From: Flavobacteriales bacterium
GTDB taxonomy: Bacteria > Bacteroidota > Bacteroidia > Flavobacteriales > Flavobacteriaceae
Length of the DNA: 30,666 nt
Assembly (NCBI GenBank): GCA_027033875.1
Contig: JALVKK010000171.1
Span: forward strand, 1-30,666
Direction of reading: 5' to 3'
Shown: in pieces, positions 6,687 through 14,774 of the stretch
Layout of the letters: every line of letters starts with the position of its first letter
How positions within the stretch are numbered: the stretch's first letter is position 1
Program-made: the position numbers and the translations under genes
Notes under the pieces: model-generated
What the model was told of the DNA's origin: nothing
Database searches by the model: none
Seen by the model: only the letters and a program-made list of their open reading frames with translations

Positions 6687-8492
6687 TTATTCTTTGATAA
6701 ATTTCACTGTTGAAATTTTTTCACCGGCTTTTACACGCATCATATAGACACCGTTTTGCAAATCGGCAATGTTTAAAATAACTTGCTTTTGGTCAGGCGC
6801 CAAATATCGTACTTCTTGTCCTAAAAGATTAGTGATACTGATAAAATCAATATTTGAATCGGCACTGACATTTAAGACGTCGGTAGCAGGGTTCGGATAG
6901 AATTTGAATGACAACTGTTGGTAGTCTTCAACACTGAGAGCATCATCGGTTAAATAAAATAGAGATGTTCCTATATTGTCATTTTTATAATCCCAAGTTC
7001 TTAACCAATAATCATGTCCGGCAGTTAGACCGGAAACGGTTTTTACTTCATAAGGAGAGGAAAATCCTAAAATGTTAATGGATCCACAATAGATATCAGA
7101 ATTGGCGGTTGCACTGTTATAAATAGCAAATGAGAATGCTGACCAGTCCCCGGCATCATTTGAATGATGTACTTTAACAACGCCTGATGAAGGCGCTGTA
7201 AATTTGTACCAAACATCACCACCTTGATAATTAGCATTGGGACCACTACCTCCACAACTTGGTATGCTGTTTATAGGATGCGAACTCGTACTAAAAGTAT
7301 TATCAGCAGAAGTCAATATGAACAAAGAAGCATTTTCAGGTTGTACATTAATATCAATGGCATATGCAGCTTCATCATTACCTTCAATTTTGGCAAGATA
7401 GAATGGCATAATACCAAAATCATCATTATAATAATCCCACATTCTGATGTAATAAGTATCACCGGCATTTAAGTCACCTACCATATGAGGAATAAATAGA
7501 TTCGCATTATTATTCATTATTCCGCCACAAACAACAAGCGTTCCATTATACGCATTATGATAAATGGCATACCCCACTATGCCTATACCGTAACCGGTTC
7601 TCATGATACTAATTGCACCTGTACTGGGCGCGGTAAACTTATACCAAACATCACCACCTTGATAACCGGTACAACCAGGGTTCCCCGGAGAGTTAGTAGC
7701 GCCTATATTATTAAAATAATTCATTTGAATGGTACTGTTATCTCTTGGATCTGCTAAGGTAATTGTTCGGGGGTGGGTATTAAAATCATTCCAAGCTTTA
7801 TCAAAAGTAAAAGTATAACGATACCCATTTCCGGGCCAGTTAGCAGCATCTATATTATTATTTGCCGTTGTTCTGGAAATTGTAGGATTTGAACCGGAAG
7901 ACGTAACACTGATAAACGTAGTGTTAGTCCCATCATAATAATTAAAGCCTATTGATGCATTTAAATTGTTTCCGCTATCGCAATGTCCATAAAAAAATTC
8001 AATTTCATTGGAAGTTTCTCTTAATTTCAAACCAAAGCTCATATCGTGAGCACTGTCATTATAACGTGAAATATTTTTCCAATGAACTATAAAAACTCTG
8101 TTTGGTGCCGTACCAACTGTTTCATATGCAATATAACCATTATTGGCAGAATATAATATTAAATCATCCCACAAAGGAGCAATCATATTTTTTCTACCGT
8201 TAGATGTAGAAGCTAAATCATTTATTAAACTAATATTATTTTCTGTAAAAGATATGGCTCCGTTAACACCTACAGTACAAGTAGTAAATTTTTTACCACC
8301 GTAATAAAAGTCAAAACCGATGGGTACACCGGTTTGTTCTTGTTCGTCACCTGATGTCCAAAGGGTCGTTGCCGAACTACCCGGCATAGGATAACTCGAC
8401 AGACCACTTCGTGTAAGCGTATAATAATCCACTTGCGCTTGAAGGTTAAACATCAAGATGAATAAAAACGTGAATAAAATAGCTCTTTTCAT
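6687..8492 (-). CDS. T9SS (type A CTD) secreted protein with an N-terminal beta-rich domain and two tandem 'GDVWYKFTAP' domains
   Basis: Signal peptide (MKR..LQAQ). C-terminal T9SS sorting domain (FYPNPATDVLNV..GVYMMRV..TVKFIKE). Two ~145-aa repeats containing YQGGDVWYKFTAPS.G and Y..R.WDY.ND. Confidence 0.88.
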   Translation of the reverse strand: MKRAILFTFLFILMFNLQAQVDYYTLTRSGLSSYPMPGSSATTLWTSGDEQEQTGVPIGFDFYYGGKKFTTCTVGVNGAISFTENNISLINDLASTSNGRKNMIAPLWDDLILYSANNGYIAYETVGTAPNRVFIVHWKNISRYNDSAHDMSFGLKLRETSNEIEFFYGHCDSGNNLNASIGFNYYDGTNTTFISVTSSGSNPTISRTTANNNIDAANWPGNGYRYTFTFDKAWNDFNTHPRTITLADPRDNSTIQMNYFNNIGATNSPGNPGCTGYQGGDVWYKFTAPSTGAISIMRTGYGIGIVGYAIYHNAYNGTLVVCGGIMNNNANLFIPHMVGDLNAGDTYYIRMWDYYNDDFGIMPFYLAKIEGNDEAAYAIDINVQPENASLFILTSADNTFSTSSHPINSIPSCGGSGPNANYQGGDVWYKFTAPSSGVVKVHHSNDAGDWSAFSFAIYNSATANSDIYCGSINILGFSSPYEVKTVSGLTAGHDYWLRTWDYKNDNIGTSLFYLTDDALSVEDYQQLSFKFYPNPATDVLNVSADSNIDFISITNLLGQEVRYLAPDQKQVILNIADLQNGVYMMRVKAGEKISTVKFIKE

Positions 8493-8567
8493 AACAATAA
8501 GAATTTAAGGATTAAATTTTATATCAAAAATAATAAGAGAATTATTGCAAAAACAATAAAATTCACA

Positions 8568-8617
8568 AACTGCATAAACTAGTTTATAAACGACATAAAT
8601 TAATATATGAACGACAT
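8568..8617. promoter_or_regulatory. Three direct repeats at 21-bp spacing upstream of the T9SS gene (LytTR-like operator)
   Basis: AACTGCAT (8568), AACGACAT (8589), AACGACAT (8610). Confidence 0.45.
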
Positions 8618-8726
8618 TATTACAGATTTACAGACCGGTAAATTGAGGAGAAAAAAAATGAGATAAATCTGTAAAATTCGGAAGAAAAAACATAATTTCT
8701 ATAATTCAAATTTCAGATTAATACAT

Positions 8727-8757
8727 AAAAAAACCTGCCAAAATAGATTGACAGGTT
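8727..8757 (-). terminator. Intrinsic terminator of rpmE2
   Basis: The minus strand reads AACCTGTCAA-tctat-TTGGCAGGTT-TTTTT, a 10-bp stem with one G-U pair followed by a U tract. Confidence 0.8.
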
Positions 8758-8781
8758 GTAAAATTATGTTTTATAATCGGT

Positions 8782-9033
8782 TTATTTTTTAAACTTGGCG
8801 TATTTTCTTTTAAATTTATCAATACGTCCTGCTGTATCAACCAATTTCATTTTTCCGGTATAGAACGGGTGTGAAGTTCTGGAAATTTCCACTTTTACCA
8901 AAGGGTATTCAACACCTTCCACTTCAATTGTTTCTTTAGCTTCAGCGGTTGAACGGGTTAAATAAATCTCTCCGTTTGACATATCTTTGAATGCAACCAT
9001 TCTATAATTTTCGGGGTGAATGCCTTTTTTCAT
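8782..9033 (-). CDS. rpmE2: 50S ribosomal protein L31 type B
   Basis: [40 protein letters not shown]; no CxxC motifs. Confidence 0.97.
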   Translation of the reverse strand: MKKGIHPENYRMVAFKDMSNGEIYLTRSTAEAKETIEVEGVEYPLVKVEISRTSHPFYTGKMKLVDTAGRIDKFKRKYAKFKK

Positions 9034-9068
9034 CGTCTTATATTTTTGATTTCCTTATTTAGAGTGTG

Positions 9069-9076
9069 CAAATTTA
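9069..9076 (-). promoter_or_regulatory. -7 promoter element of rpmE2
   Basis: TAAATTTG on the minus strand, ~35 bp upstream of the start codon. Confidence 0.6.
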
Positions 9077-9120
9077 TAAACTTTTTTTTAATTGACAATA
9101 ATATTGTTGATTTTTTTAAT

Positions 9121-9129
9121 GGGGGGGGG
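9121..9129. repeat. G9 homopolymer tract
   Basis: Nine consecutive G in an AT-rich divergent intergenic region. Confidence 0.9.
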
Positions 9130-9258
9130 ACTTCTAAAATCTTAAATCGTCAAAACTTGTTCGATATTCAAAATATAGAAGTTGAAGTAATATAATAGAA
9201 ATTAGAAGTGTTAAGCAGTTATCATAAAACGAAACAATTACTCACTCTTCACTCCTCA

Positions 9259-9321
9259 AACATTATAAACATTATGAACATTATGAACATTATAAACATT
9301 ATGAACATTATAAACTTTTAA
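9259..9321. repeat. 9-bp tandem repeat (AACATTATR x6 plus one degenerate unit)
   Basis: Units start at 9259, 9268, 9277, 9286, 9295 and 9304, with degenerate AACTTTTAA at 9313. Confidence 0.92.
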
Positions 9322-9349
9322 CTAAATTGCAGTTTCAAAAACAAAGGCA

Positions 9350-10636
9350 ATGCAAATAGACGGATTTTCAAAATTATCAAAAAAAGCTAAAATTGATTGG
9401 TTATTACAAACGTATTTTAACAATGATAATACTGCTCGTCAAATTTTATGGCAATATTGGCACAACGACAAAGCCCTTCAAAAACTCCACGACGGCTTTA
9501 TTGAAAATACCATTACAAATTATTATCTGCCTTATGCCATAGCGCCAAATTTTTTGATAAATGGCAAAATGTATGCCATACCAATGGCAATTGAAGAAAG
9601 TTCCGTAGTGGCGGCAGCCTCCAAAGCCGCCAAATTTTGGTTAGACAAAGGCGGTTTTAATGCAGAGGTTATCAATACGGTCAAAACCGGACATATTCAT
9701 TTTGTTTACACCGGCAAAACAACCGATTTGATTCAATTTTTCAGACAAAATCGTACTAAAATTTTGGACTCGGTTGCCGGTATCCAAAACAATATGCAAA
9801 AACGCGGAGGCGGTATAAAAGATCTAAATTTGATAGACAAAACGACTGCCATGTCCGATTATTATCAAATTGAATTTCAGTTTGAAACAGCCGATGCCAT
9901 GGGGGCTAATTTTATCAATTCGGTCTTAGAAGAAGCCGCCGATACCTTGCAAACATTGGCACAAAAAGAATTATCCGGAGATTTACAAGTTTTGATGCGT
10001 ATTTTGTCCAACTATACACCGGATTGTCTTGTAAGAGTTTCGGTTAGTTGTCCGGTTTCGAAATTGAAAAGTGATGAATTATCAGGCGAAAACTATGCCC
10101 TAAAATTTGTAAAAGCAGTCAATGTTGCCGAAGTAGAACCATATAGAGCCGTAACCCACAATAAAGGAATAATGAATGGCATCGATGCGGTGGTTATTGC
10201 CACGGGTAACGATTTCAGAGCCGTTGAAGCCAATGCGCACGCTTATGCCGGCAAAAGCGGACAATATACGTCTTTGTCTCATGCCGAAATAAAAGACGAA
10301 ATTTTCCGGTTTTGGATAGAAATGCCTTTGGCAATAGGAACGATAGGTGGTATAACGGCTATACACCCTTTAACGCGTTTTTCGTTGCAATTGCTTCAAA
10401 ATCCAACCGCAAAAGATTTGATGCAAATCATAGCGTCGGTAGGTTTGGCACAAAATTTTGCCGCTGTCAATTCGTTGATAACAAGCGGTATCCAAAAAGG
10501 ACACATGAAAATGCACCTCAACAATCTTTTGACGTTCCTGCAAGCCTCACCGGAAGAAAGACAACGAGCAGAACTATATTTTGCCGACAAAAAAGTCAGT
10601 TTCAAAGCCTTAAAAGATTTGTTGGGACGCCGGTAA
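9350..10636 (+). CDS. mvaA: Class II hydroxymethylglutaryl-CoA reductase
   Basis: ENTITNYYLPY, PMAIEESSVVAAAS, DAMGANFIN, ILSNY, THNKGIMNGIDAV.IATGNDFRAVEA, GLAQNFAA, GIQKGHMKMH. Confidence 0.95.
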   Translation: MQIDGFSKLSKKAKIDWLLQTYFNNDNTARQILWQYWHNDKALQKLHDGFIENTITNYYLPYAIAPNFLINGKMYAIPMAIEESSVVAAASKAAKFWLDKGGFNAEVINTVKTGHIHFVYTGKTTDLIQFFRQNRTKILDSVAGIQNNMQKRGGGIKDLNLIDKTTAMSDYYQIEFQFETADAMGANFINSVLEEAADTLQTLAQKELSGDLQVLMRILSNYTPDCLVRVSVSCPVSKLKSDELSGENYALKFVKAVNVAEVEPYRAVTHNKGIMNGIDAVVIATGNDFRAVEANAHAYAGKSGQYTSLSHAEIKDEIFRFWIEMPLAIGTIGGITAIHPLTRFSLQLLQNPTAKDLMQIIASVGLAQNFAAVNSLITSGIQKGHMKMHLNNLLTFLQASPEERQRAELYFADKKVSFKALKDLLGRR

Positions 10637-10671
10637 TCAATAAATTATATTATTATTTCAACTATTTTTAT

Positions 10672-10679
10672 TATATTTG
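10672..10679 (+). promoter_or_regulatory. -7 promoter element of the FG-GAP gene
   Basis: TATATTTG ~60 bp upstream of ATG 10739. Confidence 0.5.
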
Positions 10680-10738
10680 TAATAAAATACAACACTGCTT
10701 ATTACAATAAACAATAAGCATATTAAAAAATTAATATT

Positions 10739-12106
10739 ATGAAAAGAATATTTACATTTGTTTTACTATTTGTCAGCGTAACTGTTTTTGCACAGTTTCA
10801 AAGAAATGTTGTTGCCAATCTAACCGGAGCATACGGCATTTTGGAAAAAGATGTTAATGGCGATGATATTTTAGATTTGCTTGCTGCCGGTGAATCCGGC
10901 AATATTTTAGCCTATTTTATCAACGACGGTAGCGGTAATTTTACCCAAACGACTATTGACAGCAATTTTACAGGCGCTCGTTTTATTGACGGTGCCGATT
11001 TTGACAATGACGGTGATATGGATTTTGTTGCTACCGGCACTTCCGATTTGGTTTGGTACTTAAACGATAACGGCACTTTTGTCAAAACGGTGATTGAAAC
11101 CGGACTTAATGACCCGCGTCAGGTGCGTACTTCGGATATAGGAGATTTAACAAATCCCGCAACACCTGACGGTGATATCGACTTGGGAGTTTTGGTTAGT
11201 GGCGAAAATACCGTATCGGTTTATTTTAATGACGGGGCTAATAATTTTAGTCGTTTTAATATCATCAGTATCAATTCACCGCGATATTTACACGGTGGTG
11301 ATTTTGATTCTGATAATTCTCCCGATTTTTTAATTTCATCGTATAACGGAGACGGTACCAACGACGAAGACAATATATTTTGGTATTATGTCGGTAATTG
11401 GGGGTTGACGCAGGGTGGTGTCGTTGCCAGTAATTTTCACGGCGCTTTCGGTGTCGAAGGCGGTGATATCGATTTGGACGGCGACGACGATGTTATTGGT
11501 GCCGCTTATATCGATAATGAAGTAGCTTGGTTTGAAAACCTAAATGGGGACGGTTCGTCTTTTACCAAACACATTATCGATGATAATTTACCCGGTGCTT
11601 CTTATGTACATTGGTTGGATATTGACGATGACGGTGATAAAGATATCGTTGCTACCGGTTACGGCGATACTTCCGGAAACAATTCGCAAGTGGTTGTTTA
11701 CTATAACGACGGCGCTCAAAATTTTACCAAAACGCTTATCGATGATACTATTCAAGGAGCCAATACATTTACCGTACAAGATTTTAACGGCGATGGTAAA
11801 AACGATATAGCTGTAACAGGCTCGGTTTCCAATGAAGTTGTTGTGTATATTTACAACCCCGGCAATGTAAAACAAAATTCGATTACCGGTTTGTCGATAT
11901 ATCCCAATCCGGTAAAGGACGTTTTGCATATTGCACCGGCAGACAAAATTCAACAAATTCAAATATTTGATATCACCGGACGACAAGTTCTTTCAACAAA
12001 TCAAACTGTTATCGATGTTTCAAAATTGGACAAAGCCTATTATTTGGTTAAAATGATTTTGAAAAATCACAATATCATAACTAAAAAAATTTTGATATTG
12101 AAATAA
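10739..12106 (+). CDS. FG-GAP/VCBS-type repeat (beta-propeller) protein with T9SS C-terminal sorting domain
   Basis: Signal peptide. About seven D-x-N/D-x-D-G-D-x-D repeats each followed by W/Y-Y/F-x-N-D-G. CTD IYPNPVKDVLHI..IFDITGR..YLVK..KKILILK. Confidence 0.9.
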   Translation: MKRIFTFVLLFVSVTVFAQFQRNVVANLTGAYGILEKDVNGDDILDLLAAGESGNILAYFINDGSGNFTQTTIDSNFTGARFIDGADFDNDGDMDFVATGTSDLVWYLNDNGTFVKTVIETGLNDPRQVRTSDIGDLTNPATPDGDIDLGVLVSGENTVSVYFNDGANNFSRFNIISINSPRYLHGGDFDSDNSPDFLISSYNGDGTNDEDNIFWYYVGNWGLTQGGVVASNFHGAFGVEGGDIDLDGDDDVIGAAYIDNEVAWFENLNGDGSSFTKHIIDDNLPGASYVHWLDIDDDGDKDIVATGYGDTSGNNSQVVVYYNDGAQNFTKTLIDDTIQGANTFTVQDFNGDGKNDIAVTGSVSNEVVVYIYNPGNVKQNSITGLSIYPNPVKDVLHIAPADKIQQIQIFDITGRQVLSTNQTVIDVSKLDKAYYLVKMILKNHNIITKKILILK

Positions 12107-12124
12107 AACCCGATACAAATCCGG

Positions 12125-12946
12125 TTATAGCATTTTTAAAAAATCGATTTCTTTTTGGGTCAAATGTCGCCAATGTCCGCGTTTGAGATCTTTTTTGGTC
12201 AGTCCGGCAAACAAAACACGGTCCAGTTTGATGACATCATATCCCAGATACTCGAATATCCGGCGAACAATACGGTTGCGACCCGAGTGGATTTTGACCC
12301 CTACTTCGTTGTGCGAAACGCCTTTGATATACGAAATTTCATCGACTTGAACATGTCCGTCATCTAACTCTAAACCTGCTTTGATTTTTTCCATATCCGA
12401 AGGCTTCAGGTTTTTATCAAGTTTGACATGATAAATCTTTTCAACACGATGCTTAGGGTGTGTCAATTTTTTAGCCATATCACCGTCATTGGTAAAAAGC
12501 AGTACGCCGGTAGTATTACGATCCAATCTGCCTACGGGATAAATTCGTACGGGAGCAGATTTTTCGACTAATTCCATAACTGTTTTGCGTCCTTTTTCAT
12601 CTTCGGTGGTAGTGATAAAATTTTTTGGTTTATTGAGCAATACATAGATTTTTTTTTCGGGTTTGATGGTTTCGCCGTTAAATTGAACTTTATCTCCCGA
12701 TTGTACTTTGTAACCCATTGTCGTAACGACTTTGCCGTTGACACTGACAGCGCCTATCTTTATCAATTCATCTGCATCACGTCGCGAAGCTATTCCGGCA
12801 TGAGCCAAATATTTGTTTAGACGCATCGCCACGTCTGTCTTAGGCTCACCGGTTTTCTTAACAGTAGATTTTTTAAGTCGCGGTTTGTAATTTTTTGATA
12901 TAAAATTTTTCTTTGGCTTGTTATTATGTTGGGATTTCTTTTTCAT
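12125..12946 (-). CDS. rluB: RsuA/RluB-family rRNA pseudouridine synthase with S4 domain
   Basis: MRLNKYLAHAGIASRRDADELI (S4), LNKPK, PVGRLDRNTTGVLLFTNDG, GRNRIVRR. The exact paralog (RluB vs RluF) is uncertain. Confidence 0.9.
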   Translation of the reverse strand: MKKKSQHNNKPKKNFISKNYKPRLKKSTVKKTGEPKTDVAMRLNKYLAHAGIASRRDADELIKIGAVSVNGKVVTTMGYKVQSGDKVQFNGETIKPEKKIYVLLNKPKNFITTTEDEKGRKTVMELVEKSAPVRIYPVGRLDRNTTGVLLFTNDGDMAKKLTHPKHRVEKIYHVKLDKNLKPSDMEKIKAGLELDDGHVQVDEISYIKGVSHNEVGVKIHSGRNRIVRRIFEYLGYDVIKLDRVLFAGLTKKDLKRGHWRHLTQKEIDFLKML

Positions 12947-13006
12947 TTGGCAATTGTTATGAATTTTATAAACATTCCACTAGCAAGCTTGCGAGCAAAC
13001 TTGCTG

Positions 13007-13014
13007 CAAAGATA
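13007..13014 (-). promoter_or_regulatory. -7 promoter element of the pseudouridine synthase gene
   Basis: TATCTTTG on the minus strand. Confidence 0.55.
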
Positions 13015-13075
13015 TGACAATTTGACATAATCATACGGGCTTATCATTGCAAATAATTCTATGGCATATTTATTG

Positions 13076-13083
13076 TAAATTTG
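13076..13083 (+). promoter_or_regulatory. -7 promoter element of the Trx-Grx/groES operon
   Basis: TAAATTTG 23 bp upstream of ATG 13107, which supports that start over the TTG at 13047. Confidence 0.6.
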
Positions 13084-13106
13084 TCGGTGAAAAATTATTC
13101 GTAAAT

Positions 13107-13679
13107 ATGAATTTTGTTGTTGTAAAGGATTATCAAGATATCGTTAAAGACAGTGATACCAAAAAATTCATTTTAATTTACAAAAAAGGAACTGTCAATT
13201 CCGATTGTGCCTATGAAGCCTTAACAAAAATTAAAGACGCTAGGGTTTTGACGGTTGATGTCAATTCGGTTAGGAATGTTCACGAGCATTTCGGGGTCGA
13301 TTCGGTTCCCTCGTTGGTGGTAACAACCGGTGCCAAAGTAGAAAATATCATCAAAGGTTGTCAAACTCCGGCATATTTTGATCAAATTATTCACGAAAAA
13401 AAAGCTGTCTATACGACACCGGACAAGCGTCAAGCACAAAAACGAGTAGTGGTGTATTCGACTCCGACCTGTCAATATTGCAACAAATTGAAGCAATATT
13501 TTAACAAACACGGAATCAAATATACAGACATAAATGTTGCGAGCAATCAACAAGCCGCTGCCGAAATGGTTCGTAAAAGCGGACAACGCGGTGTACCGCA
13601 AACCGATATAAACGGACAAATCATAATCGGTTTTGATACGGCAAAATTGAGCAGAATATTAAATATACCAACAGAATAA
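13107..13679 (+). CDS. Thioredoxin-like domain fused to a glutaredoxin (NrdH/YruB-like) domain
   Basis: N-terminal Trx-like features (FILIY..NSDC..VLTVDV..FGVDSVPSLV). C-terminal VVVYSTPTCQYC..SGQRGVPQTDINGQIIIGFD. Confidence 0.85.
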   Translation: MNFVVVKDYQDIVKDSDTKKFILIYKKGTVNSDCAYEALTKIKDARVLTVDVNSVRNVHEHFGVDSVPSLVVTTGAKVENIIKGCQTPAYFDQIIHEKKAVYTTPDKRQAQKRVVVYSTPTCQYCNKLKQYFNKHGIKYTDINVASNQQAAAEMVRKSGQRGVPQTDINGQIIIGFDTAKLSRILNIPTE

Positions 13680-13700
13680 ATAACTAAAAACCAAAATAAT

Positions 13701-13988
13701 ATGAGAGAATTACAACCATTAAACGAGAATGTTTTACTGGAATTAACCGATGAATTTACCGAAGAAAAAACAGCTTCGGGTATCATTATTCCCGACAGCG
13801 CCAAAGAAAAACCCTCATTGGGACGTGTTTTGGCATTAGGCAATATTGAAGATGCCGCCGTCAATCCGGGTGATGTCGTAATGTATAAAAAATTTGCCGG
13901 CAACAAAGTGGAATTAGACGGCAAAGAATATCTGATTTTGCCTTATGCTGACATTTTGGCTAAAATCAGTGAAGTAGATGCTATTTAA
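13701..13988 (+). CDS. groES: Divergent stand-alone GroES (Cpn10) paralog
   Basis: Mobile loop EKTASGIIIPDSAKEKP, VNPGDVVMYKKFAG, ELDGKEYLIL..DILA. No groEL adjacent; a terminator follows directly. Confidence 0.88.
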   Translation: MRELQPLNENVLLELTDEFTEEKTASGIIIPDSAKEKPSLGRVLALGNIEDAAVNPGDVVMYKKFAGNKVELDGKEYLILPYADILAKISEVDAI

Positions 13989-14008
13989 TCAAACTTTGTA
14001 AAATTTTA

Positions 14009-14050
14009 TAATAAGAAACCGCTCCGGCTTGCCGGAGCGGTTTCTTATTA
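14009..14050. terminator. Bidirectional terminator between groES and ssb
   Basis: Perfect 20-bp inverted repeat TAATAAGAAACCGCTCCGGC-tt-GCCGGAGCGGTTTCTTATTA. Confidence 0.9.
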
Positions 14051-14078
14051 CAGTATTTTATCGAGTAACAACACCAAC

Positions 14079-14420
14079 CTATTGATTGTTACCTCTCAAT
14101 AACAAAACTTCATTGACTAAAACTTCAGTTACATACCGACGTTGACCGTCTTTGGTTTCATAACTGCGATTGGTCAGTTTGCCTTCGATGGCAATTTCTT
14201 TACCTTTATCGACAAAATTTTCGATAATTTCTGCGGTTTTGCCCCAAGCCACCAAATTGTGCCAATAAGTCTGTGTAATACGCTCACCATCTTTATTGAG
14301 ATAAGTCTCATTGGTTGCGATAGAAAATTTGGCAACTTTTCTGCCGTTTTCTAAAGTTTTGATTTCAGGTACTTGACCTACGTTTCCGATTAATTTTACA
14401 CTGTTTTTTAAAGTACTCAT
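14079..14420 (-). CDS. ssb: Single-stranded DNA-binding protein, OB fold only (no acidic C-terminal tail)
   Basis: NSVKLIGNVG..PE..FSIAT..T.WHNLVAWGKTAE..KG..IAIEGKL.NRSYE.KDG..RYVTEV; ends LRGNNQ. Confidence 0.93.
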   Translation of the reverse strand: MSTLKNSVKLIGNVGQVPEIKTLENGRKVAKFSIATNETYLNKDGERITQTYWHNLVAWGKTAEIIENFVDKGKEIAIEGKLTNRSYETKDGQRRYVTEVLVNEVLLLRGNNQ

Positions 14421-14536
14421 AATAAAAAATTTAATGGTTAATAAATAATTAAAATAGTGTCATATAAAGTATGTGATTATATGCTTGATACAACACTGAC
14501 GTGCATCGATTCAAACTTTCGATTGATTTGATAGTG

Positions 14537-14600
14537 CAAATGTATGACAGCCGGCAAATTTTATTCGGTTATTAAGCGTTTACTTACGAAAATAGTCGTT
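14537..14600 (-). promoter_or_regulatory. ssb promoter: -7 element plus helically phased boxes
   Basis: TACATTTG (14537-14544, minus strand). CG dinucleotides at 14566, 14577, 14587 and 14597. Confidence 0.45.
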
Positions 14601-14774
14601 TGCAAACATTTGTATTTGGTTTTTGTATTGATATTCAACACATTATAACAGCCGAAGTAATTGTAAATAAATGATTGTTTTTGTTGGTGTATATTATACC
14701 CATATATTATAGGCAACGTTTCAACAAACTTTCAACTTAGGTTATTGAGCTTGCCGAAATATAACTTTTTACTT

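Noticed and set aside
8782-9033. Zinc-free L31 as a zinc-starvation paralog
   Set aside because: Type B L31 is the usual form in Bacteroidota, and no Zur-like context is evident.
9259-9321. CRISPR array
   Set aside because: Contiguous 9-bp units with no spacers and no cas genes.
9350-10636. HMG-CoA reductase as an unusual acquisition
   Set aside because: The mevalonate pathway is established in many Flavobacteriia, and the gene has host-like composition.
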